This document shows positions 41,205 to 54,773 of a stretch of 64,000 nucleotides of DNA, piece by piece. The notes under the pieces are model-generated. The model was not told the origin of the DNA and made no database searches. It saw nothing but the letters and a program-made list of their open reading frames with translations. The position numbers and the translations under genes are program-made. The stretch lies in the NCBI RefSeq assembly GCF_009914755.1, contig NC_060935.1. One strand, 5' to 3'. The stretch comes from the human T2T-CHM13v2.0 reference genome, Homo sapiens. Numbering within the stretch: position 1 is the first letter of the stretch; the number at the start of each line of letters is the position of its first letter.

Positions 41205-41416
41205 AGCCTCTTCTCTCTCTTTTTCAAAACATTATCCTTCCTTTTCCTCTCTTTCTTCCTCCTCCTCTTCTGTTTTCTTATTCCCCTTCTCCCGCTGTCT
41301 CCTCTTTCTTCACTACCTCCCCCTCTTCCCCTTCCTCTGCCTACCTCTCCCATCCTCCTGCTTCCCCTCCGCCCCCCCACTTCCTCCTCTGTTTTTCTCT
41401 TTTGCTTCTTCTTCTT
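41205..41416 (+). repeat. CT-rich low-complexity polypyrimidine tract
   Basis: About 210 bp, almost entirely C/T. Confidence 0.9.
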
Positions 41417-41833
41417 GGAGCTATCAGGAATCTCAGAATCAATCTCTCAATTTTGTCTCAAAGGCAGTCAGTGGTAGAGTGATATTTAGCAGAAGTTTTA
41501 AAAATATGTTCAGAAGACCAAGAGGTCTGTTTAAAAATATTAATGGTATTAAAATGGCTCTTCTGGAGAATGGAGGCAATCATTAGAGATTTAGTAGACC
41601 CAAGGGATGTATGTTTCTTCATATTGTTCTGTCAGTGTGGCTGGCCACATAAGCACACTGAAACATCACTTTAAGGCACTCTCTGAGAACCATGGGGCTG
41701 TCTATGTTAAATGCAGGATTCCATCATAAATAAATTTATAGGATTATTCACAAAGATTCCATAGCAAGAGTTGCCGTTACATTACGGAGCCAAATTCTGA
41801 GCTCTAGGAAAGCATATTGGTTTTGACTAGATA

Positions 41834-42841
<1,008 letters not shown>

Positions 42842-42958
42842 TATTCTCTTTTAAATTCTTAGCTATTCACTAGCATTCCCAAAGGACCTGAGTAAGGTAA
42901 TTTTTTATAGATTCTTAAAAATCACAAATGTCCTTTTCAGTTAATATGCATATATGCA

Positions 42959-42982
42959 TGTGTGTGTGTGTGTGTGTGTGTG
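42959..42982 (+). repeat. (TG)12 microsatellite
   Basis: Perfect TG x12. Confidence 0.95.
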
Positions 42983-43031
42983 TATCATTCTTCTTCATGA
43001 AGAAAAATGTTGGGGAATGCTCTTCTAGTTG

Positions 43032-44355
43032 TGTTACTGAACTGAACTTGGGTCTGCCCATCAGGTTCACCAAAGCCAAACAGTTACATCAAGATTTGCA
43101 GTGAGAGAAAGTGAGACACTTTTTTCAGGGTGCCAAGCAAGGAGAATTGGGCAGCTCATGCTAAAGACCCAACCTCCTCTATGGCTTATATATAAGGGTT
43201 TTTAAAGGTAGGGAAACAGAGGTTACGTTACATGCAAAGACATACATCAACACATGAAGTATATACATTGATTTGGCCTAGAAAGGCAGGACATCTTGAA
43301 GCAGGGGCTTACAAAATCATAGGTGGATTCAAACATTTTTTGATTTGCAGTTGTTTAAGGAAGCAGAGCTTTGTGTAAATACTTGGGGTCAGCATAAAAG
43401 AATATTAGGTGTGTCCCATGGGCATGACTTCCTCCAGGCCACTCAGGAAGAAATTTAGAACAAAGAAATACAGTCAGAGTTCAGTCTCCAGTTTCTTCTT
43501 ATTTGAAGTCTGTGTACCAGCAGATTCATTTGGTGGTGGTCCAGGTTTCTGAAAAACAACTCAGGGCCGTATATTAAGATGTTTTCTTTAGTTTCCCTGG
43601 GTGTTACAGGAAAGAGGTCTCAATCCAGACCCCAAGAGAGGGTTCTTGGATCTCATGCAAGAAAGACTTCAGGGTGAGTCCATAAAGTGAAAGGAAGTTT
43701 ATTAAGAAAGTAGAGGATTAAAAGAGTGGCTACTCCATAGGCAGAGCAGCCCCAAGGGCTGTTGGTTGCCCATTTTTATGGTTATTTCTTGATTATATGT
43801 TAAACAAGGGGTGCATTATTCCTGTCTCCCCTTTTTAGACCTTATAGGATAACTTCCTGATGTTGTCATGGCATTTGTGAACTGTCATGGCTCTGGTGGG
43901 AGTATAGCAGTGAGGATCACCAGAGGTCACTCTCGTGGCCATCTTGGTTTTGGTGGGTTTTAGCTGGCTTCCTTACTGCAACCTGTTTTATCAGTGAGGT
44001 CTTTATGACCTGTATCTTGTATCAACCTCCTATCTCATCCTGTGACTTTAGAATGCCTTAACCATCTGGGAATGCAGCCCAGTAGGTCTTAGTCCCATTT
44101 TACCCAGCTCCTATTCAAGATGGAGTTGCTGTGATTCACACACCTCTGGCATAAGGAACCAAACATTTTGTGACTTTAACTTCCTTGGCTATTATTTTAA
44201 GCTGTTATGACCTTTTGCTTACTGAGTTGCTCATTTACTTCTCAGGGCTAGCTGAGTGCCTTGAATTTTCCTTGAGGGAACTTAAGATTTTCCTTTATTT
44301 GCAAGCTGGGGGTGGAAAGCAGCAGACCCCAGAGAGGAATGCCTGTGCTGTCTCA
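43032..44355 (-). mobile_element. ERV1 solo LTR (MER39-like) hosting a MER41 LTR
   Basis: TGTTAC...TGTCTCA ends with perfect 4-bp TSD GTTG (43028-43031, 44356-44359); subfamily is tentative. Confidence 0.75.
43602..44151 (-). mobile_element. MER41A-like solo LTR
   Basis: 550 bp; TGTTACAGGAAAGAGGTCTCAATCCAGACCCCAAGAGAGGGTTCTTGGATCTC...ATTCAAGATGGAGTTGCT. Confidence 0.9.
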
Positions 44356-44889
44356 GTTGTCAGATATTGTGGTCAGATTTATTAATGCCTTATTATTTAT
44401 ATAATTCTCTCAAATTGACCTTTACAATTTTATTTCACAACAGATGTCTGAAGAAATGAGTTTTTATTATCTTTAGAGGTAATGAGTGCCTCAAGCAATA
44501 GTGATTATTAGACTCATAAATGCATGCAAACTCTAAATAAAAATGACCCATAATAAGCTTTTATTCAGTGTTTATGTGTATGCTGCTCTTTGAAATTCCT
44601 CAGTGGTAATCTGTTTGGAATATGTATCTACTGTAATGTCATGGAAATTCAACAGTGGTCATATTGGGGCATTGCAAGACAGTACTTGAGTGGGACCTTC
44701 CCCAGAATCATTTGCAAAAAAAAAACCAAAACACAAACACCAACCAAGTCTCTTTTTGCTGAGATTCTGATCTCTTGTTGTTATGACACTTATTCCCTTT
44801 TTGGTAGTACAGAATTGGTATGTGAAACATTAAAACTGTTTTCTTTCAGGAGAGTAGAAGGAGGGTAGAGAAAGCGGCATTAGGAATTC

Positions 44890-45192
44890 TTTTTTTTGTT
44901 TTTTTTTTTTTTGAGACAGAGTCTCCACTCTGTTGCTCAGGCAGTGCAGTGGTGTGACCTCAGCTCACTGCAACCTCCGCTTCCCAGATTCCAGCGATTC
45001 TCCTGCCTCAGCCTCCCGAGTAGCTGAGATTACAGGCACGTGCCACCACACCCAGCTAATTTTTGTATTTTTAGTAGAGGTGGGGTTTCTCCATGTTGGC
45101 CAGGCTAGTCTCGAACTCCTGACCTCAGGTGATCTGCCCGCCTTGGCCTCCCAAAGTGCTGGGATTACAGGCATGAGCCACCGCACCCAGCC
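44890..45192 (-). mobile_element. Alu (AluSx-like)
   Basis: Reverse dimer; AGGAATT flanks. Confidence 0.95.
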
Positions 45193-45255
45193 AGGAATTT
45201 TTTTTTTTTTTTTTTTAAGGATTCGGCCTTGACCATATTTAAGTCTCATAGCTAC

Positions 45256-45911
45256 TGTCTTAGTCCATTTCATGCTGCTATATCAGAATACCACAGACTA
45301 GCTAATCTTTTTATTTATTTGAGACAATTTTTTTGCATCACCCAGGCTGGAGTATAGTGGTACAATCATCGCTCACCATAGCCTCAATCTTCTGGGCTCA
45401 AGGAATCCTCCTACTTCAGCCTCCAGAGTAACTGGGACTGCATGCTACCATGAAAATTTGTTGTAGAGATGAGTTCTGTGTTGCCCAGGCTGGTCTCAAA
45501 CTCCTGGCTTCATGCAGTCCTCCCGCCTCAGCATCCCAAAGTGCTGGGATTACTTACAGATGTGACCCCCTGCACCCAGAGTGGTCATTTATAATGAAAA
45601 AAAATTTATTGGCTCACAGTTCTGGAGGCTGGGAAGTCCAATATTAAATGGCCAGCATCTGGCAAGAGTTTTCTGTTTACTGCTGTCCCATCCCATGACT
45701 AGCAAACTCAAGCGCCTGCTACATAGGCAAAAGGGGGGCCAAAATTAGCCTTTTATAAGGAATCCACTCCAGAAATATAACATTAGTCTATTCATGAGGG
45801 CAGAGCAGTCATGGCCCAATCACTGCTGAAAGGTACTACCTCCTAGTACTGTCACAATGACAATGAAATTTAACATGAGTTTTGGATTGGGCACACGTTC
45901 AAATCATAGCA
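45256..45911 (-). mobile_element. MST-type MaLR solo LTR with nested Alu
   Basis: TGTCTTAGTCC...CAAATCATAGCA; perfect TSD GCTAC. Confidence 0.9.
45307..45580 (-). mobile_element. Alu (AluJ-like)
   Basis: Diverged reverse dimer. Confidence 0.85.
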
Positions 45912-47276
45912 GCTACAAATCCTTTTTTTTTTCCAAATGTATTCTTTTGAATGCATTCCTCTTAGTGTTTGTTTCCTCTATATCTCATTCCTCAATTTGA
46001 AAAGTATTTGAAGGGAGATCATTGGGCTGAAGCATTTTCATATCATTTTTTCATAGTTTCAATGTAATAGAATGACATAGTAAATACTTGTTCACTAGGA
46101 AAGAGTATGAGAGAAAAGGCACTTAAGTGCAGTACCTCAGACTAAACCTAAAATTTATCTCTCCTCCTGTATGTTGCTGACTAAAATCAGTAAGTTTCAT
46201 ATTTTGTACTTTTGGGGAAAATATTAAACACACAGCTTAAATATACAAATATTTATGAAGGATACTTGTGCGAAGAGGCACTGTGCTGATCTTTGCACAG
46301 ATATGGATATAGTTAAAATACGGTGTTTATATATTCAGTGTTTAATACTTGTAATAGATAAAGCTTGAATGGTAGGTTGTGGTTCTTATATTGTAGGACT
46401 TTACTTTTAAGGATAAAGAGTTTCACTGTAATTCACTATGCATTAGTTGGCCCTTTAAAATTTATGAGCTGGGGAATGACATGGTCAGAGTTATGTTGAG
46501 TGACTTTGAAGCAGGTAAGATGGATTGGAAAGCTGTTAGAAGATGATTGCTGGGGACTAGTTAGGAGCTAATGTTGGTCTGTACTAGGTTTGGTATTGGG
46601 AATAGAAAGGAAATTATGTAGGTATAATCTATAGATTTGGCAGTTCATGGGAGGAGGGAAAGAGGGGTTACCCTAATATTGATAGTCTGGATTATTAGAA
46701 AAATTTTTCCCCTCTCATCCATTCATTTAGCATTTATTGAGCGTGGAGTTATTTTTTAACAGAGCAAGGAATTCAACAGGAGGATAAACAAATTTTAGAG
46801 TCTGGATAATATATTGGATATCAAACATATTAAACTTGTGCTGACAAGGTAGCTTCTAGAAAGTATTTCAAAATTTGGTTCTAGAATTCAAGAAAATTTG
46901 AAGCTAGAGACAGAGAGCTAGCATCCTATTGATGGTACTAAAACTCATCTATTAATACATAGGGAAAACCAAAGTGCTATGTCCTCAAGTGCCACATTGA
47001 TAAATCAAGTAATATTAGCCTATTTGGGGATTTCTGTGTAATCAGATTTGCCCAGAGTCCTTTTCATGGTTTATTGTTACTTCTTATGTATAGTTTATAT
47101 TTTATGTATCAAAACAGCACAATCACAAGTGTGTAGTTAAGGATTAATATATGTAGCCACTTTACCATAAAACTCTTACGTGTTTACTGTAAAGAAATAT
47201 CATTTCATTTCAACTTTATATGTTGTGTAGCCAATAGAAAATATCATTTGGAGCTAATGAATATATAATATTCACA

Positions 47277-47578
<302 letters not shown>

Positions 47579-48062
47579 CTAGAATTTTCACACTGCATTG
47601 TATGATGCTATTTTCATAATTTTACATGCTTCATTTCTTAGTTGAAAAACTTGTTTCTGTGCTAAATTTATCAGTGGGTATCATCATTAGTGTTAAGTAG
47701 GTGAAGCCTGATACAAATTATGCCCCTCTCTTAAAAAAAAAAAAATAAACAGGTTAAAATACCACTGGCATATTGTTCACATTTCATCAGCATCTTCATC
47801 TGTGACATAAGATGGTATCAATACAAACAGTGGAATGAAGAAGTTGACATTTATGATTAGTGAACGAAAGGTATCAAATATAAAAAAAATTCCGACTTGA
47901 AACACATTGCAATTTTCATTGTGGTGTTACAGGTTATTGGATTTTTTCCCCCTCTTTTTGGTGTACATACTTGGAAGGACGCATCTGTCACAGGAAAATT
48001 TTTGTGAAGCACTCATCTTCTGACTTGCCCATGAATTCCTTGTTTTAAGCAGTCAAGGCAAA

Positions 48063-48238
48063 CAGTGTGCTTCTCAAATTTTAGCACGCGTAACAGTTGC
48101 TTGGAGAGCTTGGTGAAACAGAGATTCTGGAGTCCTCCCTCTGAAGATTTGAGGTGAGTCCCAAGAATTGATATTTGTAACAAGCTCTCAGATGATGCTG
48201 ATGCTGCAGTTCTGAGGACCACATTTTGAGTAGCACTG
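48063..48238. mobile_element. MER5A hAT MITE
   Basis: GCTTCTCAAATTTTAGC...GATGCTGATGCTGCAGTTCTGAGGACCACATTTTGAGTAGCACTG. Confidence 0.8.
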
Positions 48239-49089
48239 AGGTGACACATTGTGACAGTCACTCTGGAATTAGTAATTTAGAAAGCACTTAGACTTAATAT
48301 GTAGAGAGACTTTAAAATCAAAATAAAATATTTCATACTGGACAGCCCATTGCCATAAAATCTCAGCTGATGAGAATTAAGATTTCATAACTGAAGTGTT
48401 ACTTATCCATGAAATAGTCATTTAGAAAACAGATAACACATACCAATCCTGATGAAATATTATATCATTTCCTGTATATCTTTTGTAGTACCATGAATGA
48501 TCCTTTATTTTTGTATCAAGAAAGTTTCTTAATCTATTTTTGTGTTAGTTTTTCTTATTCTCAATGAATGATATGGTAATTTAAAGAAGAATTTAAGTTT
48601 ATGTAATTGAAAATTTTCCCCAAAATTTGAGGAAATTACTTAGATCATACAGTTATAGGTGTGAAGTCATTTCAGAGTAATAAAATAGCACTTTACTGAA
48701 ATTTTGGAAATAGATGTCTTTGTATAATAAAGAATCACACAGATACTATCACTCTCAGTATTTCTAATATTGTGACATATTTATGGTATTTTAATTTTGG
48801 ATGCATTTTGGCTTTCTACTCAACAATGCTTAGCCTTTTAAAATGTTTTGAAGTTATTAGAGTTGGCAAATGTGCTTGAAAGTAATAAAACAATTTCCAT
48901 AAACTAGTGTGTAATTCAAGCTTTTCACTAATTCATGTTAGTTTTTCCATTAATTTTTTGGTTTTCTGTTGTACTTGTTTTTCTATTAATGGAAGAAATT
49001 CCTTATTTTTCCTTTATGGCTTAGAAAGATTTGCTAAATTCCTTTTTAAAAATTTAGACATGTCTGAAGATGTTTTTCTGTTGATATTG

Positions 49090-50730
49090 TCAACATAAAA
49101 TGAAAAATGCACAGATCTTAAGTGTTAAGTTTGGTGAGTTTGATATCATGTAAATACCACCCCAAATAAGATATAGCACATTTCTGTGCCTCCAGCAAGT
49201 TCCCTCATGCCCCTCTTTCTTAATTTCCACTACCTGTTCTCACCTGGAAACCAACTTTTTGGTTTCTGTCACCACAGATTAAATGTACCTAAATTGGGAT
49301 TTCATGTTCATGTAATCATACAGTATGTACTTTTTGTTCTTGCTTCTTTTACTTAACATATATTTTAGATACTCATTTGTGTTATTGAGTGTGTCATAAT
49401 TTGTTCTTTTTTAATTGTTGAGGAATATTTCTCTTCTATGGATTTAAATAAAATGTATTTACCTATTCTGCAGTTGATAGACATTTATGGTTCCAGTGTT
49501 TTAGTAAGACTGTTATGAATAAGACTGTTAATCTATTCTTCTATGAATCTTTTCGTGGATGTGTGATTTTCATTTTTATTGATCATGGAGTAAATGTATA
49601 TGTAACTTTATAAGCAATTGCCAAATTGTTTCCTGTCAGCAGTATATGAGAATTCTGGTTATTTCATATCTTATCAACACTTGGTGTTATCAGCATTTTT
49701 TTTTCTTTTTCTTTTTTTTTTTTTTGAGACAGAGGCTTGCTGTGTCATTTAGGCTGGAGTGCAGTGGCATCATCTCCGCTCACTGCAACCTCTACCTCCC
49801 CAGTTTAAGCAATTCTTGTGCCTCGCCTCCTGGGTAGCTGGGACTACTGGTGCGTGCCACCACACCTGGCTAATTTTTGTATTTTTAGTAAAGACTGGGT
49901 TTCACCATGGTGGTCAGGCTAGTCTCAAACTCCTGACCTCAGGTGATCTGCCCACCTTGGCCTCCCAAAGTGCTGGGATTACAGGCATGAGCCACCACCA
50001 CACCCAGCCAGTCATTTTTATTTTAGCCATTCTTTTAGATATGTAGTAATATCTCATTGTGATTTTAATTTGCATTTTCCTAATAACTAATAAAAAGTTT
50101 ATTTCCTAATAACTAATAAAAAAGTTCATGTGCACACTGTCTGTTCATCAGTTTTCTTTGAAAAAGTATCTGTTCAATTTTATTCATCTGGTTTTTAATT
50201 AGTTTTGTCTTTTTATCATTGATTTATAGGTTTTATTCATGTATTCTGATACAAGTCCTTTGTTAGAAATATATGCAGCCAGTATTTTCTCTCAGTCTGT
50301 GGCTTGTTTATTCATTTCCTTAGTGGTATCTTTGATGAGCAGAAGGTTTTAAAATTTGATGAAGTTCAGTTTATCAGTTTTGTGTTACACAGTTTATGCT
50401 TTTTATTTTCTGTCAAAGCACTGTGTGCCTACCCTAAGAGGCAAAGATATTCTCTTGTTGCCTTTATGGATTACTTTTATGTGTATGATTCATTCTGAAT
50501 TAAGTTTGGTTTATGGAATTAGAAGGATTGAGGTTATTTTTTCTCCCACAGGGATATCCAGTTGTTTCGAAACAATTTGTTATATACTTACCTTTCCTCA
50601 TTGAATTGCTGTGGCAGCCTTGTTGAAACTCAGTTGACCATATATGTATGGTCTGTTTCTAGGCTATCTTTATGCTAGTACTACAGTCTTGATTACTGCT
50701 GAAATTTTGATAGGGATTGTATTAATATAT
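49090..50730 (-). mobile_element. Old L1M 3' fragment with nested Alu
   Basis: Antisense L1 motifs TATCTCATTGTGATTTTAATTTGCATTTTCC, TCTTGATTACTG. Confidence 0.8.
49696..50008 (-). mobile_element. Alu (AluS)
   Basis: Reverse dimer with T-rich tail. Confidence 0.95.
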
Positions 50731-51189
50731 CAGTTTGTCCATTTTCCCTAAACTGATATATTAATTAATGCTTTAGATTACATCTGTCTTTTATTTGATA
50801 GGTGAATGAATGAAGTGGGACTAGCTTTGGGCTCTCAAGAGTAGGAAGGTCTTTGGCTAGTGGGGATTAAAAGAAATTAAGGGCAAGAAAAAAAATAAGA
50901 CTTGACAACAGAAGGAAAATGACTGTGGTCTTTTAGGATCATAATGAGTCGACCTCCCACAGGATAGGTCAGATTTAGAAATAGTAGGAACAAAATTAAC
51001 ATAGACTTTGAGATCGGAAAGTCTTTAAACCTAGGATTAGGGGCTTGTTTTCCCATTGGCAATAGAGAAAAATACCATATTTTTAAGAATGTGTGTAATG
51101 ACATCATTTTATGAGTAGCCCTTGTAATTGAAACTTCTTAAAACATTCTAGTGTCTTGCATTCCAATTTTAAATCATAAATATATTTGG

Positions 51190-51688
51190 ACTGGGTTTTA
51201 ATTTCTCATAGCAGTAAAAACAAACTGTCAGAAACTTGGGTGGTTTCAAATATTTATTCTTTTATAGTTCTGGAGAAGTCCAAAATAATTATAACTGGGC
51301 TGAGTTCAAAGTGTTGGCAGCGCTGCACTCCCTCTGGAGGATCTGGTGGAGAATCCATTGCTTGTCTTTTCCAGCTTCTGGAGGCTGCAGGCATTCCTTG
51401 GCTTGTGGCCACTTCACTCCAGTCTTCAAGGGCAGCATTTCAGATCTCTCTCTCTCCACTGTCTTCACATCACCGTCTCTTCTGTGTGTCAGCTCTTTCT
51501 CTGCCTCTTTCTTCTAAGAACACTTTGAATACATTTAGAGCCCAACCAGATAATCCAGCAAAATCTTCCCATTTCATGAACTACAACGTAATCATATCTG
51601 TGAACTCCCATTTTCCAAATAAAGTAACATTTACAGGTACCAGATATTGGGACTTTATATATTTGGGGGCCATTATCAGCCTACCACA
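51190..51688 (-). mobile_element. MLT1D/E-like MaLR LTR
   Basis: TTCCAGCTTCTGGAGGCTGCAGGCATTCCTTGGCTTGTGGCC...GGGGGCCATTATCAGCCTACCACA. Confidence 0.85.
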
Positions 51689-53131
51689 GACAGTTACTCC
51701 TTTTCTTAGACCTTCACTTTGCTCTGCAAGTTGCTGTCAAAACACATTGGACCAAGGCTTTAAGCATCCCAAATGATATACTTATTTTCTTGCTATAAGT
51801 GTCATTTTTTAATGGAATGTACCCATTAAATAAATGTCATGGAATCTGAATAGACTTAAAGCCTCAGATGGCGAGCACCTTATTTCAATTAATAATCAGG
51901 AAAATACCAAATTAGGGAAAGAGATTGAATTGTACTTTGACTATCATAGAACTGATTTGTGACTCATAATAAAATTTAATAATATTTTTTAGTTTAGGGC
52001 AGCCAGGAATTAATTCCTGGTTTTATAGGGCTTTCTGGGTCAGATTGGTGCATGATCAGGCCTAACCTCTTCTATTCATTGTACCAAGCAGACTTCCTAT
52101 ATTGGCCCATGACAAATTACCTACCTTTTGATCTTTACTCCTACTTTATAGATACAAATTTAGAACAAGTTCTCCAGGGCCTTAATGCTTGTGACATACT
52201 GAATTAAGAGTTTTCCCCTGTAAACGTATCATAAATGTATCCTGGCATATTTGAATATGTTACATATAATAACATTTACTTATACTAAGCTTGTTAGACA
52301 ATTCTTAGTGTAGTGTTAGAGGAATGGGTCAGCTAGAGAACTTTAATGCAGCCAACTCCACTTTGGCTTAGGGATATTGCTTTAATATCCCAACTTTAGA
52401 GATTGCCAAAACCTCAGTATAGAAATAATTTTTATGAGCATCATTTGATAAATCATGGGCAAAGAAGATGAAACAGTAAAGCCTTAGTTTCCTTTTCTCC
52501 AGTGCTTATATTAGTTTAAATATCTAAATGTTGATAACTGATAGATTTCATAGGAAGGGAGGTAGTTTGCCAAAGGGAAAATGGAAGCCTAATCCTCATT
52601 GTTTGCCGTAGAATCTTTGTCCCAGCCTGTATGATGTTTACCAGGTTCTTCTGTGTAACCAAATACCAGGATAGCATTTGCTGTGCTAGAGAGGATTTCA
52701 GAAGTGTGAAGAAGTTCAGCATGAAAATGAATCTATTTTTAAAATAGTCTGTGATTTAAGTAAAACTTACATACATTACAAATTCTAGATTGAGAATTGA
52801 AGTCATTTCGCTTCATGGTATTTGACTCAATTTACTGAGTGACTTTAGCCTTCGCAATTTAGATAATAAATGACATGGTACTTGCAATTTTTTTTGTGCT
52901 CCTGATAATGTCTATAAGGCAGTCAGTGAAATAATTTAAATGATTGTACCATTAATTGAGGAATGTATGAACCAACCACACTGATGAGTCATGAAATGTG
53001 CACATGGTTACTTGCCTGTTTATTGTAAAAACTTGGAAAAAAGAGTAAGAAATTAAAAAAAAACTATTCTACATTAAAAGGACATTCCTAAGTTTACTTT
53101 TTGAAATTAAAATATAAAACTGTCAAAGTAA

Positions 53132-53455
<324 letters not shown>

Positions 53456-54634
53456 ATAAATACTATCTTTTAATGATAGATTCATTTTCATGGTGAGCTT
53501 CTCCACACTGCTAAGGATCCTCTCTAGCACAGCAAATACTATTCTGATATTTGGTTACACAAAAGAACCTGGTAAGCATCATGCAGGCTGGGAGTTCCTT
53601 ATTTACTTGAGAGTAAGAAAATTTACATATCTGAATATGTGCTATTGTTAACCCTAGATTTTTTCACTGAAATGTCTCTAAATTTAGATAATCTTTTCAC
53701 ATTTGTTGAGAGATTTCTGAAAAGCAAATGACATATTGATCCTTTCAGAACTGTTAGATAAAAAGAGAAGGGAGAATCACAGAGAACATAGAAGAAAAGG
53801 AAGGAAGGAGATAGGAGAACTGATAATAGAAGTGATCCTTACTGGATAACTATTTAGTGAGCTACATGTATATCAGCATTTAAGAATTTATGAATTGGCA
53901 TAAAACTTCTGGTTTTGACCCAGTAGTATAAATAAATTACTGCATATTGAAAACAAAAATTTTTAGACTTTTTAGAAAATTCACATAAGATTCTTTAATG
54001 AATTAATTTACATCCAAATGTTTGAATTCTTTAAAGTTATTTCTTACAAATCTGGCCTAGAATAACCAGTTTTTAATAAAAATGTATGCTTGGGGATTTA
54101 TAACTTTATAATCTTCAGGGCTGGGGAAGAAGATGAAAGTTGTCATGTTTATAATTAGATATATTTTTATTTAAAATTACGATTGTATAATTTCATAAGG
54201 AAGACCTAGTGGTCCATTTTATAATGCTGTCTATAGGTAGGCACATTGTGTAAGGAAAGCTTCATACTCTGCCTAATTTGTGCTCTTCCTGTTTCATGTC
54301 CTGCTTGTCTGCACGTACCTATTTCTATTTGTGTTAGTCATCCTCTCTAGGTAAACTGTCCATGAGACCAAGGATTCCATGAACAAATTATCCAGAAAAT
54401 GCTGTCTTTGCACGTTGTGACAGATCATGTCACTGGTGGATTTATAGCTAGTCCAGTGGTCTAATTAACCTGGCAGTTGTCTCCTGTGCCCAACACTGTT
54501 GTCTCATTGCCTTGGCATTTGGTTTTCATCTTCTCATTACCTTCTTAACTAAAGCTCAGATTTACAATTTTTTTAAATCTAACCCCACTCAGCTCTCTCT
54601 ACTCACCCCCTGCACCCTTCTTTTTGATTGGCAG

Positions 54635-54773
54635 TATCATCCAGATAAACAAAGTACAGATGTACCAGCAGGAACAGTGGAGGAATGTGTACAGAAGTTC
54701 ATCGAAATTGATCAAGCATGGAAAATTCTAGGAAATGAAGAGACAAAAAGAGAGTATGACCTGCAGCGGTGTG
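54635..54773 (+). CDS. DNAJC24: DNAJC24/DPH4 coding exon (aa 38-83; HPD motif and rest of the J-domain)
   Basis: YHPDKQSTDVPAGTVEECVQKFIEIDQAWKILGNEETKREYDLQRC. Acceptor TGGCAG|TAT in phase 0 with exon 2, branch-point-like CTCAC at 54602-54606, phase-1 donor GTG|GTAGGT. Confidence 0.97.

Noticed and set aside
43602-44151. MER41 as an interferon-gamma (STAT1) inducible enhancer
   Set aside because: The copy is MER41A-like, and I see no tandem TTCNNNGAA sites of the MER41B type.
51186-51776. Longest ORF in the window (196 aa)
   Set aside because: Lies almost entirely in an antisense MLT1 LTR, has a TTG start and shows no recognisable domain.
52981-53010. CUGAUGA...GAAA minimal hammerhead
   Set aside because: No stem II and the cleavage position would be G; better explained as an AP-1 site.
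54341-54356. Recursive-splice-like YAG|GT sites (also at 12246)
   Set aside because: Weak reconstituted donors, frequent by chance, and the intron is short relative to known recursively spliced human introns.
54512-54634. N-terminal part of the 92-aa ORF 54512-54790
   Set aside because: Intronic branch-point and polypyrimidine region with a non-ATG start.
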